Assembly: GCA_022749895.1 (NCBI GenBank)
Contig: JAKIWS010000007.1
Location: 3,089 to 67,088 of the forward strand
Length of the DNA: 64,000 bases
Source of the DNA: Thermoplasmata archaeon
GTDB taxonomy: Archaea > Thermoplasmatota > Thermoplasmata > Lutacidiplasmatales > UBA184
Direction of reading: 5' to 3'
Under the pieces are notes generated by a model. That model was not told the DNA's origin and made no database searches. It was given only the letters and a program-made list of their open reading frames with translations. Every line of letters begins with the position of its first letter. The stretch's first letter is position 1. Below, piece by piece: positions 19,769 to 29,453 of this stretch. Made by a program: the position numbers and the translations under genes.

Positions 19769-20905
19769 ATGGCCGCCCATCCCCTCACGCTCCTCCCGAT
19801 GGCGTCGAGCCATCGCGGCGCCCTATCCCCCGCGTGCACCCAGTGTGCCGAGGGAAGGAAGATGGTGCTGTTCGTGACCGGCCTGTGCCGGTTCCGTTGC
19901 TTCTACTGTCCGGTCTCGGAGAAGCGGAACCAGAAGGACGATACGTACGCCAACGAGCGGCTCGTCCGCTGCGACGACGACGTCCTCGATGAGGCCCGGG
20001 CGATCGGCGCCGCCGGAACCGGGATCACGGGCGGCGATCCGCTCGGTGTGATCGACCGGACCGAGCACTACGTCCGGCTGCTCAAGTCGACGTTCGGTCC
20101 GGAGCACCACATCCACCTCTACACCCACGAACCGAATGCCGAGAAGCTCGAGCGCCTCGCCCGGGCGGGGCTCGATGAATTCCGCCTCCACATCCCGCAC
20201 TACCTGTGGGGTCCGCTCGCCGCGGACGGCGGCGCCTACCGCAAGGTCCTCGAGGACGCCCCGAAGTGGGGGATCCAGCGGGGGGTGGAGATCCCCGTGC
20301 TCCCCGAGAAGGAGCCCGAGCTGCGGCGTTTGCTCGAGGCCGTCGACGCGATGGGCGTCGACTTCGTGAACCTGAACGAGCTCGAGTTCTCCGAGACGAA
20401 TGACGCGAAGATGCGCGTCCGGGGCTACGACACGTCCCCCAACGCGGCGTGGAGCGTGGACGGGAGCCGGGAGGTCGCCCAGCGCGTGGTCCGCGAGATG
20501 CGCCTTCGGACGCCGGTGCACTACTGCTCCTCCCGGTTCAAGGACGGCGTCCAGCTGCGCCAACGATTGATCCGCCGGGCGGAGCGGACGTCGCCCGGAT
20601 TCGTCGAGCGGACGCCGGACGGGACCGTCGTGTTCGGCGTCGTCGAGGCGCGGGGGAACCGCTCGGTCCGACGGCTCGGCGCGACCGTGGTGGCCCTCGC
20701 GGGCGTGCGCCCGGGCGACTATCGCCTCGACTTCGCGCGCCGGCGGGTCGAGCTCGCGGCCGAGCCGCTGCGGCGGGTCGCCGAGCGTTTGCGAGCCCCG
20801 GCCTTCGTCGTCGAGGAGTACCCCACCGCCGATGCGCTCGAGGTGGAGCGCGAGCCGCTCAACACCGCCGCGTTCCCCGGCCACGCCCGGGTGGGCGGGA
20901 CGTAA
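19769..20905 (+). CDS. Radical SAM protein (archaeal COG2108-like)
   Basis: CRFRCFYC motif, GITGGDP, FVNLNELEFSE. Confidence 0.85.
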   Translation: MAAHPLTLLPMASSHRGALSPACTQCAEGRKMVLFVTGLCRFRCFYCPVSEKRNQKDDTYANERLVRCDDDVLDEARAIGAAGTGITGGDPLGVIDRTEHYVRLLKSTFGPEHHIHLYTHEPNAEKLERLARAGLDEFRLHIPHYLWGPLAADGGAYRKVLEDAPKWGIQRGVEIPVLPEKEPELRRLLEAVDAMGVDFVNLNELEFSETNDAKMRVRGYDTSPNAAWSVDGSREVAQRVVREMRLRTPVHYCSSRFKDGVQLRQRLIRRAERTSPGFVERTPDGTVVFGVVEARGNRSVRRLGATVVALAGVRPGDYRLDFARRRVELAAEPLRRVAERLRAPAFVVEEYPTADALEVEREPLNTAAFPGHARVGGT

Positions 20906-21081
20906 CCTTCGTCGCACGGGTGCGACCCGTGCGTGAGGTACCGATCGTCGCCGCGACGATGCTTGATCGAGCAGGGGCCCCATCCGGCATCCTCGGCGCC
21001 GTACCACATCGGGCAGTCCTTGCAATGCAGGTCGATAGGGGAGCGCGTCGGAGGCTCGTCGGGTTCCGCCGGATCGCTCAT
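20719..21081 (-). CDS. Small Cys-rich hypothetical protein
   Basis: ATG overlaps the folD stop (ATGA); CKDC...C...H.C pattern. Confidence 0.5.
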   Translation of the reverse strand: MSDPAEPDEPPTRSPIDLHCKDCPMWYGAEDAGWGPCSIKHRRGDDRYLTHGSHPCDEGYVPPTRAWPGNAAVLSGSRSTSSASAVGYSSTTKAGARKRSATRRSGSAASSTRRRAKSRR

Positions 21082-21980
21082 GGATACTCGGCCCGCTCCA
21101 GGAGCTCCCAGCCACGGACGACGTTGGCCATCAGTTGAGCGACCGTCACCGGTCCGACCCCGCCGGGCACCGGTGTGAGGGCCGACGCCCACCCGTCGAG
21201 CGATTCCGGGTTCGCGTCGCCGGCGGCCCGGTGGCCCGAAGGGCGCGTGGGATCCTCGACGGAGCTGAGCCCGATGTCGACGACCACCGCGCCCTTGGGC
21301 ACCACCGAGCGGTCGAGAAACCCGGGTCGACCGATGCACGGGAAGATGATCACCTGGTCCGCGAGGACCTTGCGGAGATCCGGACTCTTCGAGTGGACCA
21401 CCGTGACGGTCGCGTTGCCCCATTCCCCCTTCGACGCGAGGAGGATCGCGAGCGGGAGCCCGACGGTCGTCGAGCGCCCGACGACCGCGACGCGCTCTCC
21501 GTCCGTGCGAATCCCATAGTGGCGAAGGATCTTGACCGCAGCCAAGGCCACCGCGGGGATTTGGACGGGGCGCTGGATCGCGAGCTGGCCGAGGTTGGCC
21601 ATGCCGACCCCGTCCGTGTCCTTCGCGGTACCCAGTTCCGCGATCGCCGAATCGAAGTCGAGCTCCGGCGGAAGAGGATGTTCGACCAAGACGCCGTGGA
21701 CGGTCGGATCGTGCTCGAGCTCCCGGAGCCTCGATCGAAGTCCCGGGGCGTCGAGACCGGGGGCGATCAGCTCCTCCCGAAATGCGAGGCCCACGTCCCG
21801 CGCGGCGCGCTCCTGCTGACGGGCGTAAAAGGTGAAGGGGGAACCTGGGATACGTCGGTAGAGGCTCGCGAGGCACGGTGCCGGGCGACCCCGCGCTCGA
21901 CCCGCGGCGACTCTCTGGCGTACATCGTCGAGGATGCGGGCGGCGATCGGCGCCCCAAGCAACGAGCGGGTGACGACCAT
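21078..21980 (-). CDS. folD: Methylenetetrahydrofolate dehydrogenase/cyclohydrolase
   Basis: HGVLV..PLP, KDTDG, VGRS..VG.P, TPVPGGVGPVT. Confidence 0.92.
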   Translation of the reverse strand: MVVTRSLLGAPIAARILDDVRQRVAAGRARGRPAPCLASLYRRIPGSPFTFYARQQERAARDVGLAFREELIAPGLDAPGLRSRLRELEHDPTVHGVLVEHPLPPELDFDSAIAELGTAKDTDGVGMANLGQLAIQRPVQIPAVALAAVKILRHYGIRTDGERVAVVGRSTTVGLPLAILLASKGEWGNATVTVVHSKSPDLRKVLADQVIIFPCIGRPGFLDRSVVPKGAVVVDIGLSSVEDPTRPSGHRAAGDANPESLDGWASALTPVPGGVGPVTVAQLMANVVRGWELLERAEYP

Positions 21981-22267
21981 CGACCCGCCGTGTAGTCAGG
22001 AGGCCAACTTAAGGGGACGGAGCCACGGCCTCTCGATCGGGCGGCGTCGTGCGAAATTGGCGCACGGGTGACGTTGTGTTTTGGAGGAAACCAGACTAAA
22101 GGTTAAAAGCGGGGGACCCCTCTGAATTCGATAAGGAGCGGTCGCCGGTCGAACGGGATACGGCACCTATCCGAGAGGCAGTTACGGAAACCCCAGCCGA
22201 CAGTGCCGAGGTCCCCTCCGACCTCGACAGCTGGAGCAAGACTCTCCCCTACGAGACCACGGCGAAC

Positions 22268-24181
22268 GTGGAGGTCCCTCCGCGCATCATCGACCAGGTC
22301 ATCGGCCAGGACGACGCGGTCGAGGTCGCGAAGAAGGCGGCGACGCAGAAACGCCACATGATCCTCATCGGAGAACCGGGCACCGGGAAGAGCATGCTCG
22401 CGCGCGCGATGGTCGACTTCCTGCCCCGCGAGCAGCTGCAGGACATCCTCGCCTACCCGAACACCGAGGACCCGAACGAGCCGAAGATCCGTGTCGTGCC
22501 GTCGGGGAAGGGCAAAGAGATCGTCGCGGCCCAGAAGCTCGAGGCCGCGCAGAAGAAAGAGCAACGCATGATCTTCCTCGTCGTCGCCGTGTTCATCATC
22601 ATCGCGCTGACGGCCTACATCATCATCATCAGCCAGGGGCACGACCTGACCGCCGCCCTCTTCGCGCTCCTGATCATCATCATCCTCTACGGACTGTTCC
22701 GGCTCAGTTCCGGCCGCTCCGAGGGCGGCGCCGGCGTCGCGAAACTGCTCGTCTCCCATTCGCTGGACGAGCGACCGCCGTTCATCGACGCGACCGGCGC
22801 GCACGCCGGCGCGCTGCTCGGCGACGTGAAGCATGACCCGTTCCAGTCGGGGGGGCTCGAGACACCGCCGCACGAGCGGGTGGAGGTCGGAGCGATCCAC
22901 AAGGCGAACGGCGGCGTGCTGTTCGTGGACGAGATCAACCTCCTCAAGATCGAGAGCCAGCACTCGCTCCTGACCGCGCTCCAGGAGCGGAAGTTCCCGA
23001 TCGTGGGCCAGTCGGAGCGCTCGGCCGGCGCGATGGTCAAGACCGAGCCGGTCCCTGCCGACTTCGTCCTCGTGGCCGCCGGGAACGTCGACAGCGTTCA
23101 GGCGATGCACCCGGCGCTCCGGTCGCGGATCCGGGGCTACGGCTACGAGCTGTATGTCAAGACGACGATGCCGGACACCGTCGACAACCGCCTCAAGATC
23201 GTCCGTTTCGTGGCGCAAGAGGTCGTCAAGGACAAGAAGATCTCGCACTTCGACATGGGCGCGGTCCTCGAGGTCGTGCGCGAGGCGCAGCGGCGCGCGG
23301 GCCGGAGCGGGCAACTCACCCTCCGCCTGCGCGAGCTCGGCGGGCTGGTGCGGGTCTCCGGCGACATCGCCAACGCGGAAGGCGCGCGGCTCGTGACCGC
23401 CGCGCATGTCGTTCGCGGCAAGCGGTCGAGCCGCTCGCTCGAGCAGCAGATCGCCGACCGGTACATCGAGCGCCGCAAGGAGTACCGGATGTTCAGCACC
23501 GAAGGCTCGGCGGTGGGGATCGTCAACGGACTGGCGGCGATCAACGCGCAGACCGGCATGTCCGAGTTCTCCGGCATCGTTCTGCCGATCGTCGCGGAAG
23601 TGACTCCCGCCCAGACGAAGGACGGCGGGGTTGTCGTAGCGACCGGCAAGCTGGGCGAGATCGCGCGCGAGGCCGTCCAGAACGTGAGCGCGCTCATCAA
23701 GAAGTACACCGGCGAGGACATCTCCCGCTACGATATCCACATCCAGTTCGTCGGCACGTCGGACGGCGTCGAGGGGGACAGCGCCTCCGTCTCGATCGCC
23801 ACCGCCGTGATCAGCGCCCTCGAGGGCGTCGCCGTCGACCAGGGCCTCGCGATGACCGGTTCGCTCTCGGTCCGCGGACAGGTGCTCCCCGTCGGGGGCG
23901 TGACCGCGAAGGTCGAAGCCGCGGCCGATTCGGGCCTGAAGCGGGTCCTCGTCCCCGAAGATAATCTGGAAGACCTCGTCCTCGAGTCCCGCTACCGCGG
24001 GATGATCGAGGTGATCCCGGTGCGGACGCTGCGGGACGTGCTGAAGTACGCGCTCGTCGGGCAGGGCACCAACAAGGAGACGCTGCTCGGACGCCTGGCG
24101 GCGATGGTCCATGCGACCAGCCGGACCGACGGTCCGGACGGTCCGGCGAAGGTTCCCCCGCTCCGCCCGGCCGGATCGTGA
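22268..24181 (+). CDS. lonB: ATP-dependent protease LonB (membrane-anchored); true start probably further upstream
   Basis: [16 protein letters not shown] insertion, [25 protein letters not shown]. Confidence 0.95.
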   Translation: MEVPPRIIDQVIGQDDAVEVAKKAATQKRHMILIGEPGTGKSMLARAMVDFLPREQLQDILAYPNTEDPNEPKIRVVPSGKGKEIVAAQKLEAAQKKEQRMIFLVVAVFIIIALTAYIIIISQGHDLTAALFALLIIIILYGLFRLSSGRSEGGAGVAKLLVSHSLDERPPFIDATGAHAGALLGDVKHDPFQSGGLETPPHERVEVGAIHKANGGVLFVDEINLLKIESQHSLLTALQERKFPIVGQSERSAGAMVKTEPVPADFVLVAAGNVDSVQAMHPALRSRIRGYGYELYVKTTMPDTVDNRLKIVRFVAQEVVKDKKISHFDMGAVLEVVREAQRRAGRSGQLTLRLRELGGLVRVSGDIANAEGARLVTAAHVVRGKRSSRSLEQQIADRYIERRKEYRMFSTEGSAVGIVNGLAAINAQTGMSEFSGIVLPIVAEVTPAQTKDGGVVVATGKLGEIAREAVQNVSALIKKYTGEDISRYDIHIQFVGTSDGVEGDSASVSIATAVISALEGVAVDQGLAMTGSLSVRGQVLPVGGVTAKVEAAADSGLKRVLVPEDNLEDLVLESRYRGMIEVIPVRTLRDVLKYALVGQGTNKETLLGRLAAMVHATSRTDGPDGPAKVPPLRPAGS

Positions 24182-24414
24182 GGAGCACCGCTCGCGCGCC
24201 CGCGCACCGGCCCGAGCCCACCTTCGAGACCCATCACGACCGGGGCGAGCACGATGACGACCGGTTCGTCGGCCGCTCGTGCTACGTGTTCAACCCGTCG
24301 CTCCGCTCCAATCTCAACGACACGCACTGCAGCCATTGCCGCCACTACCTCACCGCCCGCTGCCCGCACATCGACGAGTTTCTCGACGACGTCGAGGAAC
24401 TGATGCCCGACTGA
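24178..24414 (+). CDS. Small Cys/His-rich hypothetical protein
   Basis: GTGA overlap with lonB; C...[14 protein letters not shown]. Confidence 0.6.
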   Translation: MRSTARAPAHRPEPTFETHHDRGEHDDDRFVGRSCYVFNPSLRSNLNDTHCSHCRHYLTARCPHIDEFLDDVEELMPD

Positions 24415-24435
24415 GCGTCCGCCGGGGCGGTCGGC

Positions 24436-24978
24436 GTGGCTCGGACGCTTCTCATCGGCCGCTTCCAACCGTTCCACCGCGGCCATCTCGCCGTGGTCGA
24501 AACGACCCGCCGCGCCCGGCCGAAGGCCACCGTCCTCCTCGGGGTGGGGAGCGCGCAGGCGTCGTTCACCTCGGTGGATCCGTTCACGGCGGGCGAGCGG
24601 ATCGAGATGATCGGGCTCGCGCTCGACGAGGCGAAGATCCGGAACTACGCGGCGATCCCGATCCCCGACATCCACCGGCACAGTCTCTGGGTCGCCCACG
24701 TCGTGTCGCTGGTGCCGAAGTTCGAGCGGGTGGTCACCAACAATCCCCTCACCCGACTCCTGTTCGAACGGGCCGGCTATGAGGTCGACGGGGTCGAGTG
24801 GGTCGAGCGGGACCGTTTCCAGGGCAGCGTGATCCGCGCGGCGCTGCGGGAGGGAGCCCCGTGGGAGTCGCTCGTCCCGCCGGCGGTGGCGAAGTACCTG
24901 GTCGACCTCGATGCGGCCGGCCGCCTCCATCAGCTCGCGCGCGATGAAGGGCGTTCGGCTCCGGTCGGGGAACCGTGA
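24436..24978 (+). CDS. nadM: Nicotinamide-nucleotide adenylyltransferase
   Basis: IGRFQPFHRGH, GSAQ, PFTAGER. Confidence 0.92.
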   Translation: MARTLLIGRFQPFHRGHLAVVETTRRARPKATVLLGVGSAQASFTSVDPFTAGERIEMIGLALDEAKIRNYAAIPIPDIHRHSLWVAHVVSLVPKFERVVTNNPLTRLLFERAGYEVDGVEWVERDRFQGSVIRAALREGAPWESLVPPAVAKYLVDLDAAGRLHQLARDEGRSAPVGEP

Positions 24979-26201
24979 GCGACGAGCGACCCCCGGGCGA
25001 GGTGGGGGCGAAGCGCGGGCGCGGCCGTTTCGACGCGCTTCCGCCGTGGATCGGGCTCGGTACCCGCCTCATCCACGCCGGACGACGGCCGGAGCTCAAC
25101 GCCGGCGCGGTGGTCCCTCCGATCTACCAGACCTCAACGTACCACTACCCCCCGCCGTTCTCCGAGGCGGCGGCGGGCGGCGACGTCCATCTCTACACCC
25201 GCACCGACAATCCGACCCACGAGGTCGCCGAGGAGCTGATCCGCCAAGCGGAGGGCGGCGAGGCGGCGCGTGTCTTCGCGTCCGGCATGGGGGCGATCAG
25301 CGCGACGATCCTTTCCTTCGTCCGGACGGGGGATACGGTGGTCGCGCTCGAAGACCTCTACGGGGGGAGTCTCCAGCTTTTTTCGGATCTCCTCCCTCGG
25401 CTCGGCGTCAAGGTCCGGTGGGTGACCGCCGCGGAGGCGCAAGTTCCCGCCTCGGCGCTCCACGCCCCGGCGCGGGTTGTGTACCTGGAAACCCCGAGCA
25501 ATCCTCTCGGACGTGTCCACGACCTCACCGCTTGGTCGGAAGCCGCCGACACGGCTGGGGCGCTCCTAGTCGTCGACAACACCTTCGCGACGCCGGTCAA
25601 TCAGAATCCGCTGGAGTTCGGCGCGGACCTCGTCGTTCACAGCGGGACCAAGTACCTGGGGGGGCACAGCGACCTCCTGGCGGGGGCGGTCGTCGGCGCC
25701 GCCGACCTGATGGACCGGATCGACGTCACCACGTCGTACCTCGGCGCCGTCCTGGACCCGTTTGCCGCGTTCCTTCTGGCGCGCGGTATGCGCACGCTCG
25801 CGCTTCGGGTCGCGCGCCAGAACGAGAACGGACGACGAGTCGCGGAAGCGCTGTCCCGCCATCCTAGAGTCCTCCGCGTGGACTATCCCGGTCGGGCGAG
25901 TCCACGCGAAGAGGCGCTCGCGGTGCGCCAGATGCGGGGGCGAGGCGGGGTGGTGGCTCTCACCCTCGAGGGGGGCGAGGCCGCTGCGACCCGGTTCCTG
26001 AAGAAGCTCCGGCTCGTCCACGTCGCCTCGAGCCTCGGAGGAGTCGAAAGCCTCGCGAGCGCTCCGACCGCCACCTCGCACGTGCATCTCGCGCCCGAGG
26101 AGAGGGCGCGACGAGGGATCGCCCCCGGTACGGTGCGCCTCGCGCTGGGGGTCGAGGAGCCCGACGATCTGATCCGCGACCTGAGCGAAGCTCTCGATTA
26201 G
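24975..26201 (+). CDS. Cys/Met metabolism PLP enzyme (cystathionine gamma-synthase/lyase family)
   Basis: PPIYQTSTY, FASGM, ETPSNP, DNTFATP, HSGTKYLGGHSD, SLGGVESL. Confidence 0.9.
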   Translation: MSDERPPGEVGAKRGRGRFDALPPWIGLGTRLIHAGRRPELNAGAVVPPIYQTSTYHYPPPFSEAAAGGDVHLYTRTDNPTHEVAEELIRQAEGGEAARVFASGMGAISATILSFVRTGDTVVALEDLYGGSLQLFSDLLPRLGVKVRWVTAAEAQVPASALHAPARVVYLETPSNPLGRVHDLTAWSEAADTAGALLVVDNTFATPVNQNPLEFGADLVVHSGTKYLGGHSDLLAGAVVGAADLMDRIDVTTSYLGAVLDPFAAFLLARGMRTLALRVARQNENGRRVAEALSRHPRVLRVDYPGRASPREEALAVRQMRGRGGVVALTLEGGEAAATRFLKKLRLVHVASSLGGVESLASAPTATSHVHLAPEERARRGIAPGTVRLALGVEEPDDLIRDLSEALD

Positions 26202-26264
26202 GTGAGGTCGAGGGAGCGTGCCGGGCGCAGGCATTATACCTCGGTCCCCGTCGCACGGGCCAGC

Positions 26265-26337
26265 GCCACTGTAGCTCAGTTGGCAGAGCGGCTGATTCGT
26301 AATCAGCAGGTCGGGGGTTCAAGTCCCTCCAGTGGCT
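26265..26337 (+). tRNA. tRNA-Thr(CGT)
   Basis: GCCACTG...CAGTGGC-T, anticodon loop TTCGTAA, T-loop TTCAAGT. Confidence 0.95.
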
Positions 26338-26480
26338 GACGGTGCCTCTGTCCTCGTCTTGGCCAGGGAGGCGCGCTCGGCCGGTCCGCTGAGAAGCCCC
26401 GGTGAGAAGCTCACATCGATGCGGGCCGCGGAGTAAGCGCGAGATATCGATAGGGGCATCGTAACCCGGAGGTCAGGTCG

Positions 26481-26690
26481 ATGAACACGGTGACGGTTTC
26501 CCCGAAGTACCAGGTGAATCTCCCGAAGCGAGGTCGGGAGGAGCTTCACATTCGGAGGGGGGACAAGTTGGCCGTCATCGTGAAGCACGGGATCCTGAAC
26601 TTCGTCCCTGTCCGGCCGTTCGACCGGACGAAGGGCATGACTCCGGGCTTGGGCACGGCGGACGTTCGAGACAAACACGATCGTGTGTAG
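26481..26690 (+). CDS. vapB: AbrB/MazE-type antitoxin (VapB)
   Basis: VTVSPKYQVNLPK..RE.L.I..GD AbrB pattern. Confidence 0.85.
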   Translation: MNTVTVSPKYQVNLPKRGREELHIRRGDKLAVIVKHGILNFVPVRPFDRTKGMTPGLGTADVRDKHDRV

Positions 26691-26693
26691 GGA

Positions 26694-27077
26694 CTGCTAG
26701 GCGCCGCGATCGCCATCGACAGCCACGGCTGGATTGAGAGGTTTGGCGAGGGGCCGAAGCAATCCCAGTACAATCGTGGGATCGATGCCGCAGCACCGAA
26801 CCAAATACTGACCTCGGTGGCAACGGTCTATGAGGTCTACAAGAAAGTCAAAGCTCTGCGCGGAGAACACGCCGCGTTGGAGGTCGTCGCCGCAATCGGG
26901 CAAACGGTGATCGTCCCCGTCGACCAGGATATCGCTCTCGCAACCGCCGATCTCAGTCTCGAGCATGGCCTTCATTTTTCGGATGCCCTGAGCTACGCAA
27001 CCTCTCGGCGGCACCACGCCGAGCTCGACACCAGCGATCCGGCTCTGAGGCGGCGTCCCGGCGTCCGATTCGTCTGA
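26694..27077 (+). CDS. vapC: PIN-domain toxin VapC (no canonical start before the conserved N-terminus)
   Basis: In-frame IAIDSHGWIE, YEVYK, LHFSDAL.YA, TSD PIN motifs. Confidence 0.75.
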   Translation: MLGAAIAIDSHGWIERFGEGPKQSQYNRGIDAAAPNQILTSVATVYEVYKKVKALRGEHAALEVVAAIGQTVIVPVDQDIALATADLSLEHGLHFSDALSYATSRRHHAELDTSDPALRRRPGVRFV

Positions 27078-27159
27078 CGAACCTGCACCGACCGTCCCGG
27101 ACCCGCCGCTCCCTCCGTAAGCTAGATGTCCGAGGACCTCTCGCTGGAGCGATGTGACT

Positions 27160-27726
27160 ATGGACGACGCGGAAGTGCTGCCCGAACTGGTCTTGCCCAT
27201 GGAGTCTCGCGATCACTGCCTCGGATCGGAGTCGGCGAAGCACTCGCTCGTGGAGTACGGTGACTACACCTCGCCGCACTGCCGACACGTGCTGGGTGCC
27301 GTCAGCGAGCTCGTCCGCGAGCTAGGGGATGACCTCTGCTTTGTGTTTCGCAACTACCCTCAACCGCACCTCCACCCCGCGTCGCGATCCGCGGCGGAGG
27401 CGGCCGAAGCCGCCGGCCTGCAGGGGAAGTTCTGGCTGATGCACGACCGGCTGTTCGCTCGCCAGGACGAGCTCTCGGAGAAAGCGATCCGTGAGATCGC
27501 GGGCTCGCTGCCCGTCGACATGCATCATTTCGAGAAGGACCTCTCCACGGGGGACGCCGCCCGCCGCGTCGACGACGACCTCGAGAGCGGGAAAGAGGCC
27601 GGGGTCGGCGACACGCCGACGTTCTTCGTCAACGGTCGTCTCCATGTGGGGCTGTACGAATTCGTGCCGCTCCTGACGGCCCTCCAGCGATCCGGAGGGG
27701 CCGGTAGCTCGGGAGCCATTCCCTAG
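27160..27726 (+). CDS. DsbA-like thioredoxin-domain protein
   Basis: EYGDY.SPHC, FRNYP, AAEAAEAA..QGKFW.MHD, TPTFFVNG. Confidence 0.85.
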   Translation: MDDAEVLPELVLPMESRDHCLGSESAKHSLVEYGDYTSPHCRHVLGAVSELVRELGDDLCFVFRNYPQPHLHPASRSAAEAAEAAGLQGKFWLMHDRLFARQDELSEKAIREIAGSLPVDMHHFEKDLSTGDAARRVDDDLESGKEAGVGDTPTFFVNGRLHVGLYEFVPLLTALQRSGGAGSSGAIP

Positions 27727-27906
27727 GCCCGTTCCGGCCCCGACGCCGCCTCCTGGGCCCGACCGATCGGCCCGAATCGGCAACGGACGTTCGACCGGTA
27801 AGCGACGGCGGCGATTCTTCGACGGTCGAGATTACGGCATCTCGTGCGATACGAACCGTGAAAGGGAGCTTCGAGGGGTCCGGCGCGGGGTGCGGTGGGA
27901 TTCGCC

Positions 27907-28602
27907 GTGAACGAAGCCGACGCGATGAAGATCGTCGTGATGCAGCGGGGACCTTACCGGGTCGTTGGGAAGGTCCCCCTCGGGGTCCAGGTCATCACGC
28001 CCAACGACCGCGGAGAATCGTGGGATTGGACGCCGGGTCGATCGTTCAAGGCCGCCGAGGAATACTTTCTCTGCCGATGCGGGCAATCGAAGAACAAGCC
28101 GCACTGCGACAACACCCACCTGTCCGTCGGCTTCGAGGGGGAAGAGACGGCGTCCCGTCGTCCCCTCGAACGCCAGTCGGAGCATTTCGACGGACCCGCG
28201 ATCCTGCTGAGCGATGCCGAGAAGTACGGCGCCTTCGCCCGGTTCTGCGACCCAGGGGGGAAGATCTGGGCGCTCATCGAGCGGACCGACGACTCCAAGG
28301 TCCGCGAATTGGTGACCCGGGAGGCGAACCACTGCCCGGCCGGTCGCCTCGTGGTGCGCGACAAGGCCACCGGGAAGACCATCGAGCACCCGCTCCCGCC
28401 CTCGCTCGGGCTCGTTGAGGATCCGGCGCTGCAGTGCAGCGGCCCCCTCTGGGTGCGCGGGGGTGTGCGCGTCGACTCCCAGGACGGCAAGGCGTACGAG
28501 CAGCGAAATCGCATGACCCTCTGCCGGTGCGGTGCGTCGGACAACATGCCGTTCTGCAACGGCTCGCACGCGTCGATCCGTTTCCAAGACGGGCTCGTCT
28601 GA
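27907..28602 (+). CDS. CDGSH iron-sulfur domain protein (two CDGSH-like domains)
   Basis: LCRCGQSKNKPHCDNTH and LCRCGASDNMPFCNGSH, central CPAG. Confidence 0.88.
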   Translation: MNEADAMKIVVMQRGPYRVVGKVPLGVQVITPNDRGESWDWTPGRSFKAAEEYFLCRCGQSKNKPHCDNTHLSVGFEGEETASRRPLERQSEHFDGPAILLSDAEKYGAFARFCDPGGKIWALIERTDDSKVRELVTREANHCPAGRLVVRDKATGKTIEHPLPPSLGLVEDPALQCSGPLWVRGGVRVDSQDGKAYEQRNRMTLCRCGASDNMPFCNGSHASIRFQDGLV

Positions 28603-28737
28603 ACCGAGGCGTCGGAGTCCGGCGGGCCGGGCAGGATCCGATCCCACCCGACGGGTCCGGTACCCAAACCTCGACCGGTCCGGAACGTCCAAGTAGCCCC
28701 GGCGGTCGCCGTTCCGCCGGTGGGCTCGCTCGGGATC

Positions 28738-29412
28738 ATGAACGCCGACCGTTCCTCGGGTCATCGCCCTACGCATCGACCGCGTCGGCCGGCGAAGCGC
28801 CCGAGTTCCCGCCCTCTCCGAAGGGCGGCGCGATCGCGGGACCGCCCGTCCGGGGCGATCGAAACGGAGATTCGTATCGAGCCGCTCCTCGACCACCTCG
28901 CCACGGTCGCCACCGTGATCGGGTGGCACTGGACCGAATTCGGGTACGAGGATCCGGGCGGATCGGCGGCGTCGTGGCGGGCGGACCTCCTCGCCACGCT
29001 GCAGCGCGATCGGGTGCCGCTGGCCCTTGTCGCCCTCGACGGCCCGAAACCCGTCGGGTCCGCGGAGCTCATCGAGCACGACCTGGACTCCCGCCGCGAT
29101 CTGAGCCCGTGGCTCGCCGGTGTCTACGTCGCACCGGCCTATCGAAGGGCGGGACTGGGTCGCCGCCTCGTCCGCACCATCGAGGGCAGGGCCGCCGATC
29201 TCGGCTTCAGTTGTCTCTTCTGCTTCACGGAGGACGCGGCCGAGTTCTACGTGGCGATCGGGTGGCAGCGCTACGCCGAGGCGGTCCTCCAGGGCCGGGC
29301 CGTGACCATTCTCCGGCGCGAGCTGAGCCCCTCGGCCCGGGGTTCGTCGCGCGTCGGTCGAGTCGAACCCGAGTGGCCCCCCGGGGCCGACGGCACGGCC
29401 AACGCCGAATGA
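28738..29412 (+). CDS. GNAT N-acetyltransferase
   Basis: PWLAGVYVAPAYRRAGLGRRL, FY...GW. Confidence 0.82.
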   Translation: MNADRSSGHRPTHRPRRPAKRPSSRPLRRAARSRDRPSGAIETEIRIEPLLDHLATVATVIGWHWTEFGYEDPGGSAASWRADLLATLQRDRVPLALVALDGPKPVGSAELIEHDLDSRRDLSPWLAGVYVAPAYRRAGLGRRLVRTIEGRAADLGFSCLFCFTEDAAEFYVAIGWQRYAEAVLQGRAVTILRRELSPSARGSSRVGRVEPEWPPGADGTANAE

Positions 29413-29453
29413 GAAGGCGGATCGTCGCGGGCCGCCGGAAAGCCCCAGCCCGT

